Positions 49,416 through 59,038 of a DNA stretch of 60,504 bases are shown here, piece by piece. Numbering within the stretch: position 1 is the stretch's first letter; the number at the start of each line of letters is the position of its first letter. Below the pieces are notes generated by a model that made no database searches, was not told where the DNA came from, and worked only from the letters and a program-made list of their open reading frames with translations. The stretch is from an uncultured Flavobacteriales bacterium. GTDB taxonomy: Bacteria > Bacteroidota > Bacteroidia > Flavobacteriales_D > JABDKJ01. The stretch is taken from the NCBI GenBank assembly GCA_937875855.1, contig CALFHF010000144.1, forward strand, positions 1 to 60,504, read 5' to 3'. The translations under genes were made by a program, and so were the position numbers.

Positions 49416-51511
49416 TCTATCTGTTTCAACGCTTCCGTTAAAGTGCTCACAGGAATCTGACACGTCTTCTCTACACAGACATAAATCATAGTCTCCCCTT
49501 CCACGTATTTAAATTCAAGCAAGGGTATAGATGACTTATCGTTCTTAGCTCCCATGAAGAGTTTATTCGGGATAAACGTAGATGAGAAAGCCCTGATTTC
49601 TTTAGCAGGATCTTTAGACATTACAGCCAATTCATAATAAGGAAACACTTCATGAAGCATGAGCATAGCCCAGTTAGAATATCCTCCGCCATATTCAGGA
49701 ATACGCGTCTGAATGTTGTTCAACATGGTTAAGGACATGTCAAGCATCTCTTGGCGCTCATAGTATGTTCCAAGCGTGTGAAGCACATGAGCCATGCTTG
49801 AATTAGAAGCTGGAATGACATTATCATCCACTTCCATCTTACGCGTGATTAATGGCGGATCCTCATCCGAAGTGAAGAAGAACATTCCAGAGCTTGGGTC
49901 ATGAAAATGCTGCACTGCGTAAGCTGCGAGCTCATCAGCACGATGCAGCCATAATTCGTCTAGCGTAGCTTGATATAAGGAAACGAAAGCTTGAGCAGTA
50001 AAGCTATAATCCTCTAAGTAGCCATTGATGGTAGATTTACCATCCTTATAACTATGGTTTAATCCACCGTCCGTACGATGTTGTTTTTTCCAGATGAATT
50101 CCGCATTTTTTAGCGCGGCATCCAAGAATTTATCGTCATCAAAAGTCACCGCAGCATCCACTAATCCCATGATGGTGATTGCATTCCAAGATGTCAAGGA
50201 TTTATCGTCCAAGCCTGGTCTAACTCTCGATTCACGAGCTTTGAGCAGGGCAGCATCTATGCGCGCTTTGCGGGATTCGAATTCCTCTTTTTCTATTTTC
50301 TCTTTGGCCAAGAATTCCTTCTCACTCATATCGCGCAATAGAATATAATTTCCATGCTCCCATCTCCCTTTCGAATTGATGTTATAAAGCTTTTGAGCAA
50401 AGTTAAAATCCTCACCCAAAAGCTGTTTCAATTCCTCTTCAGACCAGACATAAAACTTCCCTTCTTCCCCTTCACTATCAGCATCCAGAGCCGAATAAAA
50501 AGCCCCTTCTATACTGCACATTTCAGCCATGAGCCAATCGAATGTTTGATACACCGTTTCCTTGTACAGTTCTTTCTTGCTTGATTGGTATGCCTCCGAA
50601 TAAAGGGAAAGCAATTGCCCATTATCATAGAGCATTTTCTCAAAATGTGGAGCTTTCCATAATGCATCTGTGGAGTATCTAGAAAAGCCCCCTCGTACCT
50701 GATCATAGATTCCACCAAAGGCCATCTTATCTAAGGTGAGATAGACTTGACCTATCAACTCTTTATCCTTTGTCAAATGTCCATAGCGATGAAGAAAAAG
50801 GTAGTTATTAGGCATAGGGAATTTAGGGCTGCGATCTGAGCCTCCTTCAGTATAATCCAAGCTCTTTTTCCATTGCCTCACCGTCTGTTCTATCGTAGCT
50901 ATTTCGAACTCAGCCTTTTTTTCACTTACCTGAATGAGGTCACTTTGGCTCACGCTATCCGTGAGTTTCTGGGCATAATCAAAAACTTCTTGTGGTTGGG
51001 TTTTCCATGTGCTTTGCAACTTATCCAAGACATCAAGCCATTGTTCTTTAGAAAAATAAGTTCCTCCGAAAACTGGTTTTCCATCAGGCAACGCGAAGCA
51101 ATTTAATGGCCACCCTCCTCGGCCGGTCATAAGCTGCACCGCATTCATATACACCTGATCCACATCAGGTCGCTCTTCTCTGTCCACTTTAATACAGACA
51201 TAGTTATCGTTCATGACCTTAGCCACCGAATCATCTTCAAAGCTTTCATGCTCCATCACGTGACACCAGTGACAAGAAGAATAACCTATGCTGATGAGCA
51301 TCAATTTATTCTCCGCTTTCGCCTTGGCAAAAGCCTCTTCTCCCCATGGATACCAATCCACAGGATTATGCTGATGCTGCAAGAGATAGGGTGAAGTCTC
51401 CTTGCTCAGTCTATTCGTATGGGCATGCGTTTCTTTATGATCCATGGACGATTGGGGAGATTGACAAGTACTCAGAAATGGAATAAGAAAAAAAGCTAAA
51501 AGAACCCTCAT
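49412..51511 (-). CDS. Thioredoxin-domain protein (DUF255 / YyaL-like) with six-hairpin C-terminal domain
   Basis: 699 aa with [22 protein letters not shown] and [16 protein letters not shown] signatures. Confidence 0.88.
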   Translation of the reverse strand: MRVLLAFFLIPFLSTCQSPQSSMDHKETHAHTNRLSKETSPYLLQHQHNPVDWYPWGEEAFAKAKAENKLMLISIGYSSCHWCHVMEHESFEDDSVAKVMNDNYVCIKVDREERPDVDQVYMNAVQLMTGRGGWPLNCFALPDGKPVFGGTYFSKEQWLDVLDKLQSTWKTQPQEVFDYAQKLTDSVSQSDLIQVSEKKAEFEIATIEQTVRQWKKSLDYTEGGSDRSPKFPMPNNYLFLHRYGHLTKDKELIGQVYLTLDKMAFGGIYDQVRGGFSRYSTDALWKAPHFEKMLYDNGQLLSLYSEAYQSSKKELYKETVYQTFDWLMAEMCSIEGAFYSALDADSEGEEGKFYVWSEEELKQLLGEDFNFAQKLYNINSKGRWEHGNYILLRDMSEKEFLAKEKIEKEEFESRKARIDAALLKARESRVRPGLDDKSLTSWNAITIMGLVDAAVTFDDDKFLDAALKNAEFIWKKQHRTDGGLNHSYKDGKSTINGYLEDYSFTAQAFVSLYQATLDELWLHRADELAAYAVQHFHDPSSGMFFFTSDEDPPLITRKMEVDDNVIPASNSSMAHVLHTLGTYYERQEMLDMSLTMLNNIQTRIPEYGGGYSNWAMLMLHEVFPYYELAVMSKDPAKEIRAFSSTFIPNKLFMGAKNDKSSIPLLEFKYVEGETMIYVCVEKTCQIPVSTLTEALKQID

Positions 51512-51987
51512 GATTCCTTCTTGAATTTCACTTCTTCTGTGATACTCACATTTACTTTCTTTTTCATAAGAGCTACCCTTCCAGTGATATCACCATCTAA
51601 TTTCACGGTCACTTTTCCGGTAAGAGCAGCGCTTAGTATTAAAGGGATCATCTTCATCTGCAAGTTCTTTCCTTCAGCCCTCACTTTTAGGTCATATGCC
51701 TTCTCTCCTCCTTCCAAAGTAAATGATTCAATAAGTCTAGCTTTCCCCATATTGCTTCCTTCAAGAAACAAATCAAGATCTGATTCGATGATTTTAATGG
51801 CAAAATTGTTCGGGTTATTCAATGTTGCTCTTACATCAAGAAACATTTCATTGGCATTCATGTCCTTCACTTGCACAGAAGAAATATCAACAAATTCGAC
51901 ATTTTCCACTTGACATGAGCTCATGGATATGAGCAGAAAAATAAAAGCGAAAAAAGGCCATGTTCTTTTCGAAAAAGTAGCTTTCAT
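51508..51987 (-). CDS. LEA_2 (NDR1/HIN1-like) lipoprotein
   Basis: 159 aa with lipobox ISMSSCQ and a beta-sandwich-like pattern ([17 protein letters not shown]...). 4-nt overlaps with both neighbours. The family call is from recall. Confidence 0.55.
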   Translation of the reverse strand: MKATFSKRTWPFFAFIFLLISMSSCQVENVEFVDISSVQVKDMNANEMFLDVRATLNNPNNFAIKIIESDLDLFLEGSNMGKARLIESFTLEGGEKAYDLKVRAEGKNLQMKMIPLILSAALTGKVTVKLDGDITGRVALMKKKVNVSITEEVKFKKES

Positions 51988-53336
51988 TCTGCGAAATTTT
52001 TGAAGAAGTGAGCGATGGTTTCTATTCCTTTCAAATAATTAAAGATTCCGTAACTCTCATTAGGGCTATGAATATCATCAGAATCAAGCCCGAATCCCAT
52101 GAGGATGGAATCCAATCCTAATTCTTTCTTAAACAAGGCTACGATAGGTATGCTACCACCACCACGTGTAGGAATAGGTTTCTTTCCAAAGGTAGTTTCC
52201 ATGGCCTTGCTTGCGGCTTTATATGCTTTAGAATCTATAGCCGTAACCACAGCTTCTCCACCATGATGCGGATACACTTTCACGGTCACATAGTCAGGAG
52301 CAGCACTTTCGAAGTATTCTTGGAACAACTTCGTGATTTTTTCAGATTCTTGATTCGGAACTAGTCTCATAGAGATTTTTGCAAATGCCTTTGCAGGTAG
52401 AACGGTTTTTGCGCCTTCACCAATATATCCACCCCAAATTCCATTCACATCAAGCGTAGGTCTGATACTCGCACGTTCTATAGTGGTATAGCCTTTCTCC
52501 CCTTTCACCGCCTTCACATCAAGTTCCTTCTTATAGTCGTCCAAACTGAACGGAGCCTTGTTCATTTCTGTCCGTTCTTCCGCTGAAAGATTAGCAACGT
52601 CATCATAGAACCCAGGAATAGTGATTTGACCATCCCTATCAATAAGGTCAGAAATCATGTCACACAGGATATTGATGGGATTAGCCACAGCCCCGCCATA
52701 AATTCCACTGTGCAGATCACGCTTAGGTCCCGTAACCTCTACTTGAACATAGCTGAGCCCACGCAGCCCTGTGGTGATGGATGGAATATCATCTGCTATT
52801 ATTGAAGTATCTGAAATCAAGATGACATCAGACTTCAATTTCTCCTTATTTCTTGGAACGAACCAACTCAGGCCTTTACTTCCCACTTCTTCTTCCCCTT
52901 CAATCATGAATTTCACGTTGCAAGGAAGAGAGTCAGTGCGCATCATCATCTCGAACGCTTTCACGTGCATGTATACTTGGCCTTTATCATCAGCCGCCCC
53001 TCTGGCATATATCTTTCCTTCTTTAAGCACTGGCTCAAATGGAGGGCTGTCCCATAATTCTAGTGGATCAGCAGGTTGCACATCATAATGCCCGTATACA
53101 AGTACTGTAGGCTTAGAGGGATCTATGATCTTCTCTGCATATACAATAGGGTACCCGGGAGTATCACACAATTCGGCCATATCAGCTCCCGCATCGAGTA
53201 GGGCTTTCTTGGTCAATTCGGCCATTTTCAATACATCTTGCTTAAAAGCAGGGTCAGCACTGACAGAAGGAACTCGAAGTAATGCTTTCAATTCTTCGAT
53301 GAATCGTTCCTTGTTTTTCTCTATATAATCGTTCAT
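51984..53336 (-). CDS. M20-family dipeptidase / metallohydrolase
   Basis: 450 aa with LVYGHYDVQPADP, RGAADDKGQ and EGEEEVGS metal-binding motifs. Confidence 0.85.
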   Translation of the reverse strand: MNDYIEKNKERFIEELKALLRVPSVSADPAFKQDVLKMAELTKKALLDAGADMAELCDTPGYPIVYAEKIIDPSKPTVLVYGHYDVQPADPLELWDSPPFEPVLKEGKIYARGAADDKGQVYMHVKAFEMMMRTDSLPCNVKFMIEGEEEVGSKGLSWFVPRNKEKLKSDVILISDTSIIADDIPSITTGLRGLSYVQVEVTGPKRDLHSGIYGGAVANPINILCDMISDLIDRDGQITIPGFYDDVANLSAEERTEMNKAPFSLDDYKKELDVKAVKGEKGYTTIERASIRPTLDVNGIWGGYIGEGAKTVLPAKAFAKISMRLVPNQESEKITKLFQEYFESAAPDYVTVKVYPHHGGEAVVTAIDSKAYKAASKAMETTFGKKPIPTRGGGSIPIVALFKKELGLDSILMGFGLDSDDIHSPNESYGIFNYLKGIETIAHFFKNFAE

Positions 53337-53471
53337 GAATGTTCTTTAATACGGGAGTGGAGCAAATATACATGCTTAGAAAAGGAAGCCGCAGGAATGA
53401 TAGGACCCCCATATTGGCCAAAAAAGACAGCCCCCCCTGGCCCTTTTCACACGTCAAAAGGAATAAAGGCG

Positions 53472-53479
53472 TATTTTTG
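53472..53479 (+). promoter_or_regulatory. Candidate -7 box TATTTTTG
   Basis: TAnnTTTG match 31 nt upstream of the ATG at 53510. Confidence 0.35.
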
Positions 53480-53509
53480 ATAGATAGCACTGATTCCAAT
53501 TCCTTGTAA

Positions 53510-55951
53510 ATGACCACTTCACGTCATATTATTTCCACCATTTTACTTTCTTGCCTTGTTGTTCTTGGTCAGGCCCAATTGGACGTACAGAGTAATCAGA
53601 CCGTAGAATGGTATGTTCAGAATGTACTTCTTGGCGCTGGTGTAACTGCAAGCAATATCACGTTCAACGGAGCATCTGCTAATACCGTGAACACGCAGTG
53701 CGGGTATTTCCAAAGCAATGGAAGCTACATTGACCTAGAAAGTGGATTAGTCCTTTCATCAGGAGCTGTGGTAGGGGTTGATTGGGGTGGAGATTCAGTG
53801 ATGGTTGGAACATCCACGACCATAGGAGTTCAAAATCCTCAAGGTGGTGATACCGACTTAGAGACACTATCAGGTGAGAATATCAATGACCAAGCAATAC
53901 TAGAGTTCGATTTCATTCCAACAGGAGATACGCTTCGCTTCAACTATATTTTTGGATCTGAAGAATACCCTGAATACGTGAATTCCTTTAACGATGCCTT
54001 CGGATTCTTCCTTGCCGGCCCAGGTATCGCAGGAAGTTTTTCTGCTCCGGCAGGTTTTCCAGGAGGATCTAGGAACATTGCTCTTATTCCAGGAACAACT
54101 ACTCCAGTGACGATAGATAACGTCAATAATGGAAACGGAGATTGCTGGTTAGGAGGCCCTTCAGGACCATGTGTGAACTGTGAATATTATCAAGACAATT
54201 GCGACATTGAAACTGAGGCAATGGATGGTCAAACGATTGTTCTTGAGGCATTTGCTATCGTGCAATGCGGGCAGACGTATCACATCAAACTTGCAATAGG
54301 CGATGCCATGGATAGCTCATTTGACTCTGCGGTATTCTTGCAGGAAGGAAGTTTCCAGTCCAGTTTAGCTATTTCTGCTGGTCTATTCTCATCCATTGGT
54401 CCAGCATTGGACGGAATCCTTTATGAGAATTGCGGATTCGGTGTTTTGACCTTTTCTAGAAGCAATGGAATAGATGAAGAAGCGATAGTAGAATTGAATA
54501 TAACTGGAGTAGGGCAGAATGGAATAGACTTCACTACGATTCCTAGCAGCTTCACCTTCCCAGCGGGAGACAGCTTATTCACTTTGAATGTGAGCGCCAT
54601 CATCGACAACCTTACTGAAGGCTTAGAAGAGGTTTTCTTAAGCATTTCCAATACTAGCGTTTCTGCCTGTTCTGGAAGCATCACGTCAGAATTCACTTTT
54701 TATGTAAGTGATGATCCTGCTCCTCTTTTAGTCAGTACTGAGGATTATGACATTGACTGTGGAGATGTAATAGACCTCGTTGTAACGGTTGAAGGAGGAT
54801 ATGGCCAATACCAGTATAACTGGAGTAACGGAGGAAATACAAACCCCTTAGAAGTGAGTCCCGGCTTCACTACGAATTATTACCTCCTGGTCACAGATAC
54901 ATGTAATGCCGGGAGCAATGCAGATACAGTAACCGTGACAGTGCCTGTCTACCCTCCAGTCACTGTGGATATTCCCGATTCGGCTGAGTTAACCTGTCTT
55001 GAAGAGACCGTTTTCTCCCCTATTTCAATAGGTGGAGGTGATGGAACATATTTTTATTCTTGGGTTCAGAATGGTGATGAACTAGGCACGAACAGCACAT
55101 TGACTTATACTGCAACAAGTATGGGTATATTGACCCTAGTCCTTATGGATGGCTGTGGATCTACTGCTGAAGATGATATGCTGGTTGAAGTACCTATCAT
55201 TCCTATCCTCATAGAGATGTCGCAGGATACCACGATATGTCTTGGAGGGCTTGCGCAGTTGGAAGTATTGGCCTCAGGAGGAGAGCCTCCTTTCGAATAT
55301 GAATGGTCTTATTACAATGCCCCACAAACAGCAATAGACGTAGCCCCCAGAGAAGATACGTTCTATACTGTCAGTGTTACAGACCTTTGTTTGAATACTG
55401 AATCTGCACAAGTATTAGTCAAAGTTTCCCAAGTAGAGGCAAGATTCCTAGCTGAAGTGACTGATTATTATGGCGTTGTTTTGGAGAATAAATCCACGGC
55501 CATAAACTCTGATACGCTCATGTATACTTGGTACTTCGGAGATGGAGACATCAGCGAGGAGATTTCTCCTACACACATTTATTATCAGTTAGAAAATCAG
55601 ACCATCTCTCTTACTTTAATCAATGGGATAGGATGCAAAGACAGCACTCATCTAGATATCACTGCACCTCCGGTTCTTTACATCCCTAATAGTTTCTCCC
55701 CTAATAATGATGGTCTTAATGACCGATTCGTAATTGTAGGTGAAGGCGTGGTGGAGTATGAACTATTCATCTTCAATAAATGGGGACAGTACGTCTTCTA
55801 TACAGACAATATCGAAGAGTCCTGGAATGGCAAAGGTCGCCAGAACAGCGTTTATTATGGAGAGAATGGCACTTATGCCTATCGTATTAGAGCCCGTCTC
55901 TTAGATGGACAACAACTTGATTTCAAGGGGACTGTGACCATGGTAAGATAG
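53510..55951 (+). CDS. Choice-of-anchor-L domain protein with Calx-beta-like, Ig/SprB-like and PKD modules and a T9SS type B C-terminal sorting domain (paralog 1)
   Basis: 813 aa with signal peptide ...VVLGQAQ. N-terminal domain motifs: ILEFDFIPTGDTLRFNYIFGSEEYPEY, NDAFGFFLAGPGI, YHIKLAIGDAMDSSFDSAVFLQEGSF. PKD-like WYFGDGD. C-terminus IPNSFSPNNDGLNDRF...IFNKWGQ...WNG. Confidence 0.85.
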   Translation: MTTSRHIISTILLSCLVVLGQAQLDVQSNQTVEWYVQNVLLGAGVTASNITFNGASANTVNTQCGYFQSNGSYIDLESGLVLSSGAVVGVDWGGDSVMVGTSTTIGVQNPQGGDTDLETLSGENINDQAILEFDFIPTGDTLRFNYIFGSEEYPEYVNSFNDAFGFFLAGPGIAGSFSAPAGFPGGSRNIALIPGTTTPVTIDNVNNGNGDCWLGGPSGPCVNCEYYQDNCDIETEAMDGQTIVLEAFAIVQCGQTYHIKLAIGDAMDSSFDSAVFLQEGSFQSSLAISAGLFSSIGPALDGILYENCGFGVLTFSRSNGIDEEAIVELNITGVGQNGIDFTTIPSSFTFPAGDSLFTLNVSAIIDNLTEGLEEVFLSISNTSVSACSGSITSEFTFYVSDDPAPLLVSTEDYDIDCGDVIDLVVTVEGGYGQYQYNWSNGGNTNPLEVSPGFTTNYYLLVTDTCNAGSNADTVTVTVPVYPPVTVDIPDSAELTCLEETVFSPISIGGGDGTYFYSWVQNGDELGTNSTLTYTATSMGILTLVLMDGCGSTAEDDMLVEVPIIPILIEMSQDTTICLGGLAQLEVLASGGEPPFEYEWSYYNAPQTAIDVAPREDTFYTVSVTDLCLNTESAQVLVKVSQVEARFLAEVTDYYGVVLENKSTAINSDTLMYTWYFGDGDISEEISPTHIYYQLENQTISLTLINGIGCKDSTHLDITAPPVLYIPNSFSPNNDGLNDRFVIVGEGVVEYELFIFNKWGQYVFYTDNIEESWNGKGRQNSVYYGENGTYAYRIRARLLDGQQLDFKGTVTMVR

Positions 55952-55988
55952 GTTTCAACAATCATTTGTTCATAAAGTAAGAAAGGTT

Positions 55989-55996
55989 TATCTTTG
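55989..55996 (+). promoter_or_regulatory. Candidate -7 box TATCTTTG
   Basis: TAnnTTTG match 27 nt upstream of the ATG at 56023. The identical octamer precedes paralog 3. Confidence 0.35.
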
Positions 55997-56022
55997 ATAA
56001 TCTAGACTTACGCTAGCGGAAC

Positions 56023-58962
56023 ATGAAAACACTTATACTGGGCATTTTTTACGTTTTTCTTTGTCTCCCGTCTCTTGCCCAGCTTGACGTTCAAAACACT
56101 CAATCCGTACAATGGTATGTTGAACAAATTCTCTTAGGAGGTGGTGTTCAAGTGAGTAATGTGACCTTTAATGGCCTTCCTGCTAATGATGTTTCTGTCC
56201 AAGTAGGGTATTTCAATAGTGATAATGCGAATGTGGGCATCAGCTCAGGAATGATTCTCGCTTGCGGTGAAGTTGTTGGTGCTGTGGGACCCAATAATAC
56301 AACCAGTTCAACTTTCCCAGATGCAGGTTTAAATCTTTCAGGAGACACTGACCTCGATGAATTCACGAACTTCGGGACATTCGATGCTGCTGTTCTTGAG
56401 TTCGATTTCATTCCTCAAGGGGATTCTCTCTCGTTCAACTACGTTTTTGCGTCTGAAGAATTTCCAGAGTTTGCTAACGACATCTACAATGATGTTTTCG
56501 GCTTTTTCTTGGCTGGTCCTGGAATCACAGGAACATTTAGCAGTCCTGCAGGATTTCCTGGCGGATCCATCAACATAGCCACGCTTCCTGGAAGTAATAC
56601 CGAGGTCTCCATCAATAATATCAATAACGGGAATGCGAATACCGGCCCGTGCGAAAACTGTGAATATTATGTAGCAAATGGGGATGGAAATGAAGCCCCT
56701 TATGACGAAGAGGAATATTACATCCAATATGACGGATTGACCACTGTGCTTAATGCCTTTGCCGTTGTAGAATGTGGCAGCACTTATCACATCAAAATCG
56801 TTTTAGCTGATGCGGGTGATTCAGCCTATGATTCAGCAGTTTTTCTTCAAGAAGGGAGTTTTCAGACCAATCAATCCATTGCATTAGACTTGAGCTTCGA
56901 CTTCCCTAATGCCATTAGCCCTGATTTAGTCTTCGAGGGATGTTATACAGGCACGATTGCCTTTGTAAGGTTTGCTAACCTCGATGAAGAGGAGGTCATC
57001 AATGTGACTTATGCTGGGACAGCAATTAATGGTGTTGACTATGCCTTGCTTCCTACATCTGTGAATTTTCCCGCTGGTTCAACCACGGTAGAACTCACCT
57101 TGATTGGCTTGGAAGATGCATTGGCAGAGGGGCAAGAGGACCTCATCATACAATTCACTGAAATGGTCTGTGGACTGCCTCAGGTCAATGAATTTGTGTT
57201 TTACATTCAAGATGATGCAGGGCCTATCAATATGCCGTTCACCTCGTACAGTATTGACTGCAATGAATCCGTGATTATAGGTGGCTCCCCTAGTGGCGGC
57301 ATAGGACTATATGAATATGCTTGGGAAAGCGGAGAAGATGTTTCTAATATAGAGGTCTCCCCTCTCGTCACGACTGGTTACACGCTCACCGTGACAGATA
57401 CCTGCACAGCAGAGCCCTTTGAAATCACTTATTTAGTGGATGTTCCTGTTAATCCTCCAGTGGAAGCAATACTGCCTGCTGATATCACCTTGGATTGCTC
57501 AGAAGATGTCGTTAGCATTATCCCATTGACTGCTATTGGTGGAAATGGATTCTTGAATTATGAATGGACTGTTGATGGTGCCATTGTGAGCACTGCTCCA
57601 AGCTTGGACTGGACCACGGATAGTGATATTTCTATTTCCTTAACTCTGACTGATGGCTGCGGGGCACAAGCCATGGATATTCTAGATGTAATCACCCTTC
57701 CTTATGAACTCATTTCTGTGAATCTTCCTCCAGCATATTCTTTGAATTGTCTCTTATTAGAAACAGAAATAATTCCATTGAATGTTGGCGGTGGACAAGG
57801 TGATTTGATCTTGTCATGGGATCAGGATGGGATAGCTCTTGGCCCCGGGCCCACTGTGATTGTCGGGACAGAAAGCAGCTCCTACGTGACCCTTTCAGTC
57901 AGTGATGAATGTGGTTTTGAAAACAGCTATACGACTATATTGACATACTTAGAAGCGGCACCTATTAGTGTCCAAGCAGGATCTGATCAGACTTTAATCT
58001 GTGGTAATCCTGAAGTAAATCTTATCGCTGGTTCCATCACAGGCGGTCAGGGCGCACTTACTATTGGATGGTATGAGAGTGGTGTTCTTGTTGGCATGGG
58101 AACTAGCGTCTCAGCGCTGACAATAGATGAAGACACATTTGTATTGAAAGCCACGGATGGTTGTAACCAAGTTGGCATGGACTCAATAATAGTGACGCTT
58201 GCTCCATATTCCTATCCTACTGTTTACATTGATGGATCAGGAGCAGGATGTCCTGGTGACCTCGTTACCCTCACAGCCCTACCTGAAAACGGCATTGTAC
58301 CATACACATATCTCTGGACCCATAACGGGCCTGGTGATGCCATTTCTTATGACAATCCAGAAGTCAGTACTGCATATGCTGTTACCATTACAGATGCTTG
58401 CGGAAATGAAACAGTAGCGATTACTGAGATGGTCATCCTTCCTGTAGCCGCTGGATTCCAACTGGAACTTACTGATTATTATGGCTTTTCGACAATGAAT
58501 ACGTCATTTAGCATGCCTGGTGACAGTCTGTCCTATTTCTGGTATCTTGACCAAGAACTAATCTCTGAGGATGAAGATTTATTGATGCCTTATACTGATC
58601 TGAATGACCATGTTGTCTCCTTAGCGATAGAGAATTCAGTGGGCTGCCGGGATTCCGTGTTCACAGAGACTCACCCACCTAGCAGTGTTTTTGTTCCTAA
58701 TGCTTTTAGTCCTGATGGAGATGGGGTCAATGATTTGTTCAAAGTCATCACTCATGACATCATTCGTTATGAACTCAGTATCTTCAACCGTTGGGGAGAA
58801 CTTATTTTCCAAACCGAAGATGTAGATATCCCCTGGAATGGAGCTGGAGTAGAAGAGGGAAAATACTTTTCCCAAGATGGCATCTATGCCTATACCATCA
58901 GAGCAGAAGGAGTTGATGGGAGATTCTATGACTTGAAAGGGGATGTTGTCGTGTTGCGATAG
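56023..58962 (+). CDS. Choice-of-anchor-L domain protein with T9SS type B C-terminal sorting domain (paralog 2)
   Basis: 979 aa. Same N-terminal domain (VLEFDFIPQGDSLSFNYVFASEEFPEF, YHIKIVLADAGDSAYDSAVFLQEGSF), with more internal Ig-like modules. C-terminus VPNAFSPDGDGVNDLF...IFNRWGE...WNG. Confidence 0.85.
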   Translation: MKTLILGIFYVFLCLPSLAQLDVQNTQSVQWYVEQILLGGGVQVSNVTFNGLPANDVSVQVGYFNSDNANVGISSGMILACGEVVGAVGPNNTTSSTFPDAGLNLSGDTDLDEFTNFGTFDAAVLEFDFIPQGDSLSFNYVFASEEFPEFANDIYNDVFGFFLAGPGITGTFSSPAGFPGGSINIATLPGSNTEVSINNINNGNANTGPCENCEYYVANGDGNEAPYDEEEYYIQYDGLTTVLNAFAVVECGSTYHIKIVLADAGDSAYDSAVFLQEGSFQTNQSIALDLSFDFPNAISPDLVFEGCYTGTIAFVRFANLDEEEVINVTYAGTAINGVDYALLPTSVNFPAGSTTVELTLIGLEDALAEGQEDLIIQFTEMVCGLPQVNEFVFYIQDDAGPINMPFTSYSIDCNESVIIGGSPSGGIGLYEYAWESGEDVSNIEVSPLVTTGYTLTVTDTCTAEPFEITYLVDVPVNPPVEAILPADITLDCSEDVVSIIPLTAIGGNGFLNYEWTVDGAIVSTAPSLDWTTDSDISISLTLTDGCGAQAMDILDVITLPYELISVNLPPAYSLNCLLLETEIIPLNVGGGQGDLILSWDQDGIALGPGPTVIVGTESSSYVTLSVSDECGFENSYTTILTYLEAAPISVQAGSDQTLICGNPEVNLIAGSITGGQGALTIGWYESGVLVGMGTSVSALTIDEDTFVLKATDGCNQVGMDSIIVTLAPYSYPTVYIDGSGAGCPGDLVTLTALPENGIVPYTYLWTHNGPGDAISYDNPEVSTAYAVTITDACGNETVAITEMVILPVAAGFQLELTDYYGFSTMNTSFSMPGDSLSYFWYLDQELISEDEDLLMPYTDLNDHVVSLAIENSVGCRDSVFTETHPPSSVFVPNAFSPDGDGVNDLFKVITHDIIRYELSIFNRWGELIFQTEDVDIPWNGAGVEEGKYFSQDGIYAYTIRAEGVDGRFYDLKGDVVVLR

Positions 58963-59011
58963 GAATCTCAGCTCAGGCAGAACTACTCAAGCCATAATTA
59001 GTAGCTAACCT

Positions 59012-59019
59012 TATCTTTG
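59012..59019 (+). promoter_or_regulatory. Candidate -7 box TATCTTTG
   Basis: TAnnTTTG match 20 nt upstream of the ATG at 59039. Confidence 0.35.
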
Positions 59020-59038
59020 ACCAACTATAAAAACAACC

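Noticed and set aside
51521-51913. 130-aa plus ORF antisense to the LEA_2-like lipoprotein gene (and 52771..53328 plus ORFs antisense to the M20 gene)
   Set aside because: Shadow frames. The minus-strand genes form a tight operon with 4-nt overlaps and recognisable motifs.
56148-56790. Minus-strand ORFs (87 and 150 aa) and a 73-aa plus-strand alternative-frame ORF (56357..56578) inside choice-of-anchor-L paralog 2
   Set aside because: They overlap a continuous 979-aa frame with strong paralog support.
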